Part shown: positions 14,274 to 25,572 of the stretch, in pieces | Layout of the letters: each line of letters begins with the position of its first letter | Numbering within the stretch: position 1 is the stretch's first letter | Source: Octopus sinensis | Lineage: Eukaryota | Assembly (NCBI RefSeq): GCF_006345805.1 | Contig: NC_042999.1 | Coordinates: 13,454,001 to 13,518,000, forward strand | DNA: 64,000 bases | Direction: 5' to 3' | Notes under the pieces: model-generated | Seen by the model: the letters and a program-made list of their open reading frames with translations, nothing else | Told to the model about the DNA's origin: nothing | Database searches by the model: none | Program-made: the position numbers and the translations under genes

Positions 14274-14909
14274 CATATAAATATATACATATGTATATAT
14301 TCGCATATATTGATATATGTAGATAGATATAGATATACATATATGTAAACTTACAAACACACACACACATATCAGTCGAAACCGTAATGATTTCCTGTAG
14401 AGCAGCTGATTGTGGGATTGTTATCTTTTTATTTTCACTACACTCACGTATCTATACAATTCCCCTTCCAGTGTGTATTTTCCAGTAGTTTATATTCTCC
14501 AGCATATCAATGTTATCTCCAGTCATAGTCGCTGTTGTGTTGGGTGCCTTCCTGAGATCAATTCTAGCTTAGAGATGAGCTTGGGCACATGCCACTTTCA
14601 ATGTCAGAGGTCTCCAAACCGTCGTCTAACGAATGATTATGACTAGGGTTCCAATATTACTTTTATTATTGTTGTTGTTGAAGTCGGTGAGCTGGCAGAA
14701 TCATTACCGCGCTGGTCGAAATGATTAACGGTATATCGCCCGTCACAACGTTTTGATTTCAAATTCTGCCGAGGTCAACTTTACCTTTCATCCTCTCGGA
14801 GTCGATAAATTAAGTACCAGTTGAGTAGAGGGGTCGATATAATCGACTATCCCCCTCCCCCACATTTCAGGCCTTATGTCTATAGTAGAAAGGATTATTA
14901 TTGTTGTTG

Positions 14910-14964
<55 letters not shown>

Positions 14965-15083
14965 GGCGGCGAGCTGGCAGAATCGTTAGCATGCCGGGCG
15001 AAGATAGTAGCGGTATTTCGCCTGCCGCTATGTTCGGAGTTCAAATTCCGTCGAGGCCGACTTTACTTCTACCTATAGTAGAA

Positions 15084-15122
<39 letters not shown>

Positions 15123-15670
15123 GAGTGAGAGATCACCAAATACCATCAAAGTGACACTGGGGTACAAATATACGAAGCCCAGTATACCCATCATGACTAC
15201 CCGTCTGATAAGGGTACACTAGGCAGAAGCATTACAACCATAATTGCGCAAGATGGTGATCTTACATCAAGATAAACAGCACATGACCTTGAAGGTGGAA
15301 TCCAGTTAGAATTTTCTTCAGTTTCGAGTAGCCTATCCCACTCAAAAGGTCCCTGAATAAGGGTCGTTTAAGGATGTTGAACGAACCACCAGAGGTGAAT
15401 TATTCAAACCCCAAAGAATCCCTCTCAACACATGGCTATGACGCTCCCCCACTACTTCTGCTCGTGATCAGAGATGCACATATCGTCAGCCACTAAAGGA
15501 CATGCTTAACTAGTTAAAGTCAAACAACTGACAAGCAAATCTGTGGTATTGAGCCGAATATTTGCTGTAGCCCATCTTTTATACCAAGACAAAACAATGT
15601 ACATGATAACACTTCCAATCAGTTAAGATCAGAAGCCATGAGAGCCACTGCCTGGTACTGCATCAGGACA

Positions 15671-15743
<73 letters not shown>

Positions 15744-17139
15744 CATTATTGTTGTTGTTGTTGTTGTTGATGTTACTACTACTACTACTACTACTACTAC
15801 TAAAATGGTGACCTGGTAGAATTATTAATGCATCTGAGTTCAAATCTGCCGATGCCAAATTTGCCTTTCATCCTTTCGGGGTCGATAATGTAAATACCAC
15901 TCAAGTACTGGCGTAGAGGGTACCGACTTTCCCACTTCCTATATAATTGCTGGCATTGTACCCAAATTTGAAAGAATTACTATTTTGGCACTTTTTGAAT
16001 TATCAGAATAATAAACATACAGCTAGGTAAATAGCATAATTAAAATTTTAGAAAATGCGTTTGCCTTGGGAATTTAAAAATTTTTCCCCAAAAAATAAAC
16101 ACAGAAGTGATTATTATTTTACAAGTATCCTTACAAGACCTTCGCGATTCCAGTTCATTAATATTTAACTTGGCAAGTCCAATCAAACGTTCTGGTCGCA
16201 TTGTTCAAAGATATTCATATTCTTTGCCTGCTTCAACACGTTGAAACTTTCTCTCTCCGGAAGTAACAGATGTTTGTAAATTTATAAAAATTTCTCAATG
16301 CAATCATAATACTTGGAAATATTCCAACCGATTCCGAACGTTAGAATTCCATGCAGTAATGCCTTTGGCTTACATATCAATTTAAATGTACTGAACATGT
16401 TCGTTGAAGAAATAGAACCGTGTCTTTAACATCTTTCGAGACCTCTTTATGATACTGTTGTTGAAAATGTTTAACTGCTGTAACCAAATTTTCATTGCTT
16501 AGAACGTGGCTTTATCAATAATCGAAAACTATCAAATACAGGGAATTAAGTCTTTGTTCCATACCACATTAAATAGAACCGATGATAACAAAGAAGACAT
16601 TTACCATGCAATCGTGTTAGACGTAAGACTGAGTAAGTTTTCGGATAACTAATCGGTAATTTAAATGCAACTCAATGTTCTATAACTAGTTAACATTCTG
16701 CTAGGTTTGAAGTCCAGCTAATGAATATATATTTCTTTACTACCCACAAGGAGCTAAACATGGAGGGGACAAACAAGGACAGACAAAGGGATTAAGTTGA
16801 TTACATCGTCCCCAGTGCGTAACTGGTTCTTAATTTATCGATCCCGAAAGGATGAAAGGCAAAGTCGACCTCGGCGGAATTTGAACTCAGAACGTAACGA
16901 CAGACGAAATACCGCTAAGCATTTCGCCCGGCGTGCTAACGTTTCTGCCAGCTCGCCGCCAGATAATGAATATAATTCATCAAATTGTCAATGTTAACTC
17001 TCTCGGCATAAAGTGTATAATCTCGTACTTCAATTTCTAGTTTTGGTAGAGGAAATATTGTCAGTGCCTTTAAACATAAAGATGGTAGTAGAACTGTAAA
17101 TGTCGTCAGGCTCCGTTTTTCACGATAAATACATATTTC

Positions 17140-17559
17140 GGATCTTTTCGGTTTGAACGGCAGTTTTTAAAAATAATTTCCACGTAACTAAACACTTTTA
17201 AACTTCGTATATTGGTAGAATGTGTTTATAAAACATTTTTTTCTCTTGGCTTTATTGAGAAAATTCTATAGTTTGTAAGATGTTTGTTGTTGCTTTTTTC
17301 TTCAATTTCTGCAATTTAAACCAATCAATGACGTCTATTGAGGTAAAAACATTCTGTGCCGTATGAATATGTCCCTCGTTTAAGAAACAGATTGGGTTTG
17401 TTTACATTTGTGAAGAAAAAAAAGATACCCTTCCCCCCACCCCTAACCCTAACCCTAAAATAGATTGAAATGCAATAGATCGATACTAGGGTCATAATTA
17501 TGGGTGACAATTTCATATGACACCGCTAGAAAAAACTGCCCTTCAAACCGAAAAGATCC
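17140..17559. mobile_element. Merlin-like MITE with 8-bp TSD
   Basis: TIR GGATCTTTTCGGTTTGAACGGCAGTTTT / AAAACTGCCCTTCAAACCGAAAAGATCC; TSD CATATTTC at 17132-39 and 17560-67; internal (CCCTAA)n. GG termini plus an 8-bp TSD fit Merlin. Confidence 0.8.
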
Positions 17560-19525
17560 CATATTTCTATATCGATTTCAACAACAAAGTATCAGTCGAT
17601 ACTCAATAAGACACCCGGGAAGATGTAGCGATTACAAACAAATGTACTCGACCGCAGATTTAGAAAGGTCAAACTATTGGTTGACGCCATTTATGCACAA
17701 ACTTCAACTTTAGGCCCACACACATGCTGTTCCTTTTTTTTCTGCCTTTTCTAGAGCTACAAACTCTCTCCTCTCTTTCTCTCTGTCTCTCTGCTCTTTC
17801 TATTGTGGTTTCTTATTTCTTTACTACCCACAAGTGGCTAAACACAGAGGGGACAAACAAGGACAGACACACAGATTAAGTCGATTACATCGACCCCAGT
17901 GCGTAACTGGTACTTATTTAACCGACCTCGAAAGGATGAAAGACAAAGTCAACCTCGGCGGAATTTGAACTCAGAACGTAACGGCAGACGAAATACGGCT
18001 ACGCATTTCGCCCGGTGTGCTAACGGTTCTGCCAACTCGCCGCCCTACTATTGTGGCTTCTACTACTCAGAACTGGCTGGTTTCGTACCATATCCACTCA
18101 AACACCCTAGAATCACTTATCTCTCCTCCTCTACCTTGGCCTCCGTCTCCTCCTATAATCCATTTTGCGTCCAACCACCAGGCCCTACACTAATCAATAC
18201 ACCCAGCTCCACCACCAAGACCGTCCAACAAGAATAACCTCCTTTACATTATTCCTTCACCCACCAGGTCGCGACAATATCAGTTTTACAAACCTCGGAA
18301 GCCTTCAAAAAGCTATGGGCACAGCCCTTTCCTTCAGATCATCCTTTTTTTTTTTTTCATCATTTACTTGATTCAGTCACTGGATGGTGGCCATGCGGGG
18401 GCACCGCTTTGAAAGGTTTTGTCGAGCAAATCGACCCCAGGACTTATTCTTTGTAAGCCTAGTACTTATTCTATCGGTCTCTTTTGCCGAACTGCTAAGT
18501 TACGGGGACGTAAACACACCAGCATCGGTTGTCAAGCGATGTTGGGGGGACAAACACAGACACACAAACACACACACACACACACATATATATACATATA
18601 CATATATATACATATACATATATACGACGGGCTTCTTTCACTTCCCTCTACCAAATCCACTCACAATGCTTTGGTCGGCCCGAGGCTATAGTAGAAGACA
18701 CTTGCTCAAGATGCCATGCAGTAGGATTGAACCCGGAACCATGTGGTTGGTAAGCAAGCTACTTACCACACAGCCACTCCTGCGCATCTGGTAAAAATTA
18801 GTAGCACCCGTATTTCAAAAAAGCCAGCTTTGTCACATTCTCTGTCATGCTCAATCTCCCTGAGAATTACGTTAAGGGTACGAGTCCCTGTGGAATGTTC
18901 AGCCACTTGCGCATTAATTTCACGAGCAGGTTGTTCGTCGTAACCGACGGTGTGCCAGTAATTTCATAAAAGTACAGTATACTTCTAATTAAACGGTCTT
19001 GTTATCCTATCATGTAGCGTAATGTTATCAGATACCAACTTAAAAGATGATTAGAAAAAAGACTATAAGGGAAGCAGAAAATAACTGTTGCGTGAATCAT
19101 TAGGAGTGGTGCTGTCAACGATTAAACAGTAATGAATCAATCTGCCAAACATTATATAGCTGCCAGGTAAAATTCAACTGAGCGTAACAATTGTAAATTA
19201 ATACGCACTCGTAGTAAAGTAACGGAAATTATAAGAAGGGGCGAATTTTAAGGTTTTAAGGTAGATTATATGTCGCAGCGTTTCTAAGCACTAGCATTTT
19301 TCCTAAATCATTAACCAGCGAATAACGTTAAATATATTTAATCAGTTGGAGTGGCTGTGTGGAGGCGCAGGAGTAGCTGCGTGGTAAGTAGCTTGCTAAC
19401 CAGCCACATGGTTGCGGGTTCAGTCCCACTGCGTGGCAAGTGTCTTCTACTATAGCCCCGGGCCGACCAATGCCTTGTGAGTGGATTTGGTAGACGGAAA
19501 CTAAAAGAAGCCTGTCGTATATATG

Positions 19526-19558
<33 letters not shown>

Positions 19559-20384
19559 GTGTTTGTGTGTCTGTGTTTGTCCCCCTAGCATTGCTTGACA
19601 ACCGATGCTGGTGTGTTTACGTCCCCGTCACTTAGCGGTTCGGCAAAAGAGACCGATAGAATAAGTACTGGGCTTACAAATAATAAGTCCCGGGGTCGAT
19701 TTGCTCGACTAAAAGGCAGTGCTCCAGCATGGCCGCAGTCAAATGACTGAAACAAGTAAAAGAGTAAAAGAGTAGTTGAAACATGAAGCTGGGGAAGCTG
19801 CCTAAGTGTTTGTTGATGCTTGTGGAAAGATTGAAAAGCTCAAGAAACGATTGAGTCGCCATAGCTTTCAGGTAATTTGAGAACCACCGTGTATTGGAAT
19901 TTTTAACACAGTTTCGGGGTATTATAAGAGATAAATATCCACCCTATTTAGTTTTTAATATAGACAAATATGGGCTATTTTGGCACCCATTTCCATTTGA
20001 AACATCGCTTATAAAATACAAACAACCCATTAATTCACATTTCGCGCGTAATATGTATACACATATATGTATATGTGGGGACACGTGGCTTAGTGGTTAA
20101 GGTGTTGAACTCATGATCGTAAGGTTGTGGTTTCGATTCCTGGACCGGGTGATGTGTTGTGTTCTTGAACAAAGCACTCCATCTTACGTTGCTCCAGCTG
20201 GCACAAATCCTGCGACGGACCGGCATTCCGTCTAGGTGGGGAATTTCTACGCCACTGAAACCGGGAAACCGGCCCTTATCAGCCTGGCAAGGCTCGAGAA
20301 GGAACATACATATGTATACATATATATATATATATACTTAAAACATGTGCGTGTATGTGCACTTCTACTTGTGTGTGTGTGAGT

Positions 20385-20494
<110 letters not shown>

Positions 20495-20558
20495 CGTGTG
20501 TGTGGTTTTATGCTTCTCTGTGAATGAAATCTCGCTCTAACGTAGCTCAATATTGCAG

Positions 20559-20580
20559 CAATTTAACAGCAAAAATCACG
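20559..20580 (+). CDS. Candidate 22-nt microexon of the coiled-coil gene (phase 0 to 1)
   Basis: Branch-like ctctaac (20535-41), then tattgcag|CAATTTAACAGCAAAAATCACG|gtaagt (consensus donor). Gives QFNSKNH plus G, and G+AC completes an Asp codon with exon 29193. Splice signals only, no transcript evidence. Confidence 0.35.
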
Positions 20581-21008
20581 GTAAGTCCCTAGCTGATATT
20601 CAGGATTTATTGCATGCTGATAAAGACACACAACTGTGAAGACCATAAGGAGTTTAGAGAAATGAAAGAGCCTACATGAGATAACAAAGACGAGATTTCA
20701 CATGAATTCTCAGAACAGAAATTTTATTGAAAAATCTTCGTGAAGTGACCCCTGCTTTAGAAAGATATTGAAAAAAAGCATTGGAACAAATCATGAAGTT
20801 AGAAATATCTAAATATTTGTGACTGTAATGTTATAAATATAGCATTCATACATAATTGCATACATGCACACCTGCATACATACATGTATATAGACATAGA
20901 TACATACATATATACATACATACATACACACATACATACATACATATATGTGTATGTGAGTGTGTGTGTGTCTGTGTACGTTTGTATATACATGTATGTA
21001 TGTATATA

Positions 21009-21064
<56 letters not shown>

Positions 21065-21681
21065 TACACAAACATATATATATTTGTTTAACGAGACGGA
21101 AAATGGAAGATACGAGAGTCTTTGTTGATCACTACAGTTGTTTAAACCCACCTAACAGCGATACCTCACTGGTGGGATAATGAATATCTGGTTTAGGTGT
21201 ATACCTCAATGTAGATGTGTCTCCTCGTGTGATTTCAAGAGGTATATCGTTAAAATAAACTCTGTTTCACAAGATTTCTTCTTGGTCTTCGTATATAGAA
21301 ATGGCGAATTAAAGTATGTTGCTTCATTCTTATAGAAGATCCATAACAAATATCAGATAGGAAAAGGAACAAATATATAATACAACGAAAAAGTATTAAA
21401 TATAACCAACAGGAGATAAGGATGTACACACGCCCTCACATACGTGGTCTAGTGCACGTATGCTCGCTGACACAAACGCACACGTGTGGTTTGGCTCACG
21501 TACACTCGTACACAGACTATATTAATAAATATTAATAAACATGTTAATAAAGTCAGCGCCTATTACTTGCTGGTGATAAGACTCCGCTTGCTGAGGAGTC
21601 ACAGATTCTTTTGTGCAGTTCACCGGATCTGATTTGTATACTTATAGCAGTTGCACATTCATAAATACAGACATTTATACT

Positions 21682-22094
21682 CTTTACTCTTTCACTTGTT
21701 TCGATCATTTGACTGTGGCCATGCTGGAGCACCGCCTGTAGTCGAGCAAATTGACCCCAGGACTTATTCTTTGTAAGCCTAGTACTTATTCTATCGGTCT
21801 CTTTTGCCGAACCACTAAGTTACGGGGACGTAAACACACCAGCATCGGTTGTCAAGCGATGTTGGGAGGACAAACACAAACACATAAACATACACACACA
21901 CACACACATATATATACATACATATATACTGCAGGCTTCTTTCAGTTTCCGTCTACCAAATCCACCCACATGACTTTGGTCGGCCTGAGGCTATAGTAGA
22001 AGACACTTGCCCAAGGTGCCACGCAGTGGGACTGAACCCGGAACCATGTGGTTCGTAAGCACGCTACTTACCACACAGCCACTCCTACACCTAT
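21682..22094 (-). mobile_element. tRNA-derived SINE family A, fused downstream of U6
   Basis: Head AGGTGTAGGAGTGGCTGTGTGGTAAG...GGTTCAGTCCC (A/B-box-like), internal (TA)/(TG) tract, (AAAGAGT)n-type tail. Same family as 10846-11266. Confidence 0.9.
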
Positions 22095-22098
22095 GAAT

Positions 22099-22210
22099 AA
22101 TATATGGAACGCTTCACGAATTTGCGTGTCATCCTTGCACAGGGGCCATGCTAAGCTTCTCCGTATCATTCCAATTTTAGTAATATGTAGTGCTTCGGCA
22201 ATACATATAC
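22099..22210 (-). pseudogene. U6: U6 snRNA retropseudogene
   Basis: Minus strand reads ACTAAAATTGGAATGATACGGAGAAGCTTAGCATGGCCCCTGTGCAAGGATGACACGCAAATTCGTGAAGCGTTCCATAT. This is vertebrate U6 with 4 substitutions (two CpG to TpG; the ACAGAG box changed to ACGGAG). The 5' stem-loop is rearranged. Confidence 0.95.
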
Positions 22211-22650
22211 AGACATTTATACTGACATAATAGATGTGTATCTTCTGAATAAACGGCTAATGAAACAACCGATAGCCTGTAGAAAGCATCCATGCCAGAG
22301 TTAGGATAATCAGTGGAGATCAGCGTAGTTCTTTTCCGTTTTCATCCTACGGTGAGCAATACTCATTGAGAGACTCAAGTTTGTATTTTTCTTATTTTAG
22401 GTGGTATACAGTGGCCATGGGGTTGGTACAATGGCCATTGATGTTGGTAGCTAGTGTGTCATTGTGTTTTTTAAGAATGGATTGGTCGAAGTTAGTCATC
22501 TATACATATAGGTAAAGAGGGTTTTCTAATTTAGTCAAAGATTACAGCATACAAGCATCTTGAAAGTATTTCAAAAATATGTGTGTATGTATGTATGTGT
22601 GTGTGTGTGTGAATTTATGATTGTGTGTATATATGTGTCTAAGAGTATTC

Positions 22651-22683
<33 letters not shown>

Positions 22684-22737
22684 TGTATGTATGTATGTAT
22701 GTATGTATGTGTGTATGTATGTATGCATGTATGTATG

Positions 22738-23084
22738 TCATTATTCTGTTTATTTCAAAATTTCCTGCCAATAGAGAAAGAACCGGTTTCTAACCTAGAT
22801 CCCAAACTCCTTCATTGGAATTTCAACATCAACAACAGGGTATTTTTATTTGTATGTATATATATATGTGCAGATTTGTATGTTTTGGTCTAAGTATTTA
22901 TTCCCATGCATATAGTTGCATATGTAGATATGCTCGTATACATTTAAATGATAAACTTTTGGAAATTTTTACAGATTTTCACAGTTCCAGCAATGGATTA
23001 GATCTGTAGTCTTCGGATTAGCTTTCTCCTTTCTGGTTTTGAGAAGCCTAATTTCTCAAGATTGGTATTTAGGCAGTGTGTTAC
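22738..23084 (-). mobile_element. Second, shorter copy of the same R4/Dong-like LINE in a (CATA)n array
   Basis: Reverse complement matches 62855-63165 (GTAACACACTGCCTAAATACCAATCTTGAGAAATTAGG...AATAATGA). (TATG)n on both sides. Confidence 0.85.
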
Positions 23085-23114
23085 TGTATGTATGTATGTA
23101 TGTATGTATGTATG

Positions 23115-23146
<32 letters not shown>

Positions 23147-23908
23147 TGTATGTATGTATTATGTATGTATGTATATATGTATGTATGTATAATTACATAC
23201 TTGCTTATAAATATTCCCATAAACAACCACTAGTCTGAAAAGGCTGCCACTTTGCATCTAAACAGTTATACATACATTAATATGCGACCGTATAACTGTA
23301 GATATTCATATTAATGCTCCTACACATATTTCACAGGATGCTTAATTTCACTTGCTCTACAGAATAACATATGCACACACCTATACACATATATATACAT
23401 AAACAGACACACATATACGAACGTGGACATGCACACACATACACGGGAGTATAAATAAATATTCAGCATGCAAATACAAGTACACACACGCAAGCACACA
23501 CACAGAACACACACGCAAGCACAGACTCGCAAATATATAAGTACCCGTGTATAGGTACGGGTATAAACTTGTAAATGGTGTTAAATTCTAGTTAAGAAGA
23601 AATAACAGAAAGATATTCGCATGCACAGACACAAGCTCACACACACACTCCCACGTATACATACCCATACATACGCACATGAATATATAAATATATGCAT
23701 ACGCATCCGTATGTATATACACGTACACACACACATATATATACACACATACATATATATACGCACACATTCACACACACATATATACATACACACACAC
23801 ACACATATATATATATACATACGCACACACACATATATATATAAATATAGATAGATAGATATATACACACACTCATATGTATATATACATAGATATATAT
23901 AAATACAA

Positions 23909-23949
<41 letters not shown>

Positions 23950-23976
23950 CATGCACATATATATATATACATATAT

Positions 23977-24048
<72 letters not shown>

Positions 24049-25058
24049 AGTAGGTAAGGTATACCTACCTAGCTTCATATATTCGTAAACACGTATATTT
24101 ATATAATTACTTCAGCTAGCATTCCGACGAACATCAGAAAACTATCAGCTCTGGATGTTCCTTCGGGATTCCCTGTGAAGAGTTTCAGTAACAGCTGCTC
24201 GTGGTATGTCAGTACACATAACGCATTCACTTAGCTGTGAAATCAGTCGAATTAATTTATTTACTGCCACTGAAGAAGCGTGGATCTTTGGTCGAGGTAT
24301 TTACCTCCACCTGCACTAGGTTAACTTACAGAAAAATTATGTTTTCATGTTAGTATCGCGTTATGTTTTTCATTATCATTGTATATTTGTTTTTAAGACT
24401 ACACACTGCGTCACATCTGTTTGAGCTCCCACGCTGTAAACTAATCGGATGTAAGCTTAATGTTAGCGCGTCTCTACGAATTGTTTTGCGCTATTTTGTC
24501 TGGGTCTGTATGCTATGTGTTTGAAGGGCATTGATGGCAACTCTAACTTTGATCCTTCCGATGTCGATGAAATACAGGACCAGTCAAGCATTAGGGTCCA
24601 TGGTGTCATCGAATTTCCCCCCCCCCTTCAAAATTGTTTTATTGTTTTCCTTGCGCCTAAGTCAGAAACACTTAATGCTAGTTTTATGCTAGTTTTATAT
24701 TTTATGGTATTGTTGCTGTTTTCTTATAGGTTTGTGACTTTTTAACCGAATGATTAGAACAGGTTAACAGGAGCTCATTGAGATGATATTTATAGAATAA
24801 CACAGAAACACTATGGAATTGAGAAATACCTATTTCTATTCGAGACTCAATTCAATGTCAATAATAGTTTCTAATTTAGACACAGGACCAACAGTTTTGA
24901 GTGGAAGAATTAGTTGATACTACCAGGATCAATGCTTGATTGTTATTTCATTTCATGATCCCCGGATTTTACCGATGTAAATGAAATGAATTGATTCCAG
25001 TTAGATGTTCTGATCATGGTGGTGAGCTGGGCAGAATTGTAAGCATGTCGGATAATAA

Positions 25059-25572
25059 TGGCCTCAGTATTTTGGGGAAGATGCAAAAGACATTGTGTTT
25101 ATTGTCTATCTTCAAAAGGGCCACATCATCAATGGAGAGTATTATGCCAACTTGTTGAGGCAATTACGAAATTCTATCAAGACCAAATGTCCAGGGAGAC
25201 TGACGAAAAGGATCTTATTTCATCGCGATAATTCTCCGACACACAAGCTGTTGGTTTTAATCGCTGCAGTGTGTGACATGACTTTGAACTGGTCGATCAC
25301 TCTCCCTATTTTTCATATTTGACCCATCTGACCATCATCTGTTCCCCGACATTAAGAAAACACTAGCCTGAGTAATGATGACGTCATGTCTGTTGTTGGT
25401 GAATGTTTTGACTAACAGGATGAAAGCTTCTTCACCAAAAGGATCGAAGTATTGCACACCGATGGAAGAAACGTGTGGACCGCAAGGAGTACAATGTTGA
25501 AAAATAAACCTCGTTTGGTCACATTCTACAAGAATACCTTGGTCATTCTTTGAGCTTTTCAACTGAACCTCA
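25059..25572 (+). mobile_element. Degenerate mariner transposase 3' half with right TIR
   Basis: MASVFW/DAK.IVFI.YLQKGHIINGEYYANLLRQLR...ILFHRDNSPTH...DHSPYF..L.PSDHHLFP...: DD(34)D region with frameshifts. Confidence 0.85.

Noticed and set aside
21290-21335. Strong-looking 15-nt microexon (tatatag|AAATGGCGAATTAAA|gtatgt)
   Set aside because: It has a stop in the phase needed to join exon 29193, and no other support.
22401-22446. Good acceptor followed by VVYSGHGVGTMAIDV (phase 0 to 1)
   Set aside because: The donor (gtagct) is weak and there is no homology or transcript evidence; it cannot be distinguished from chance.
24116-24203. AG...GT-bounded open segment (SIPTNIRKLSALDVPSGF...)
   Set aside because: Its phase does not connect to neighbouring exons, and it overlaps a small hairpin.
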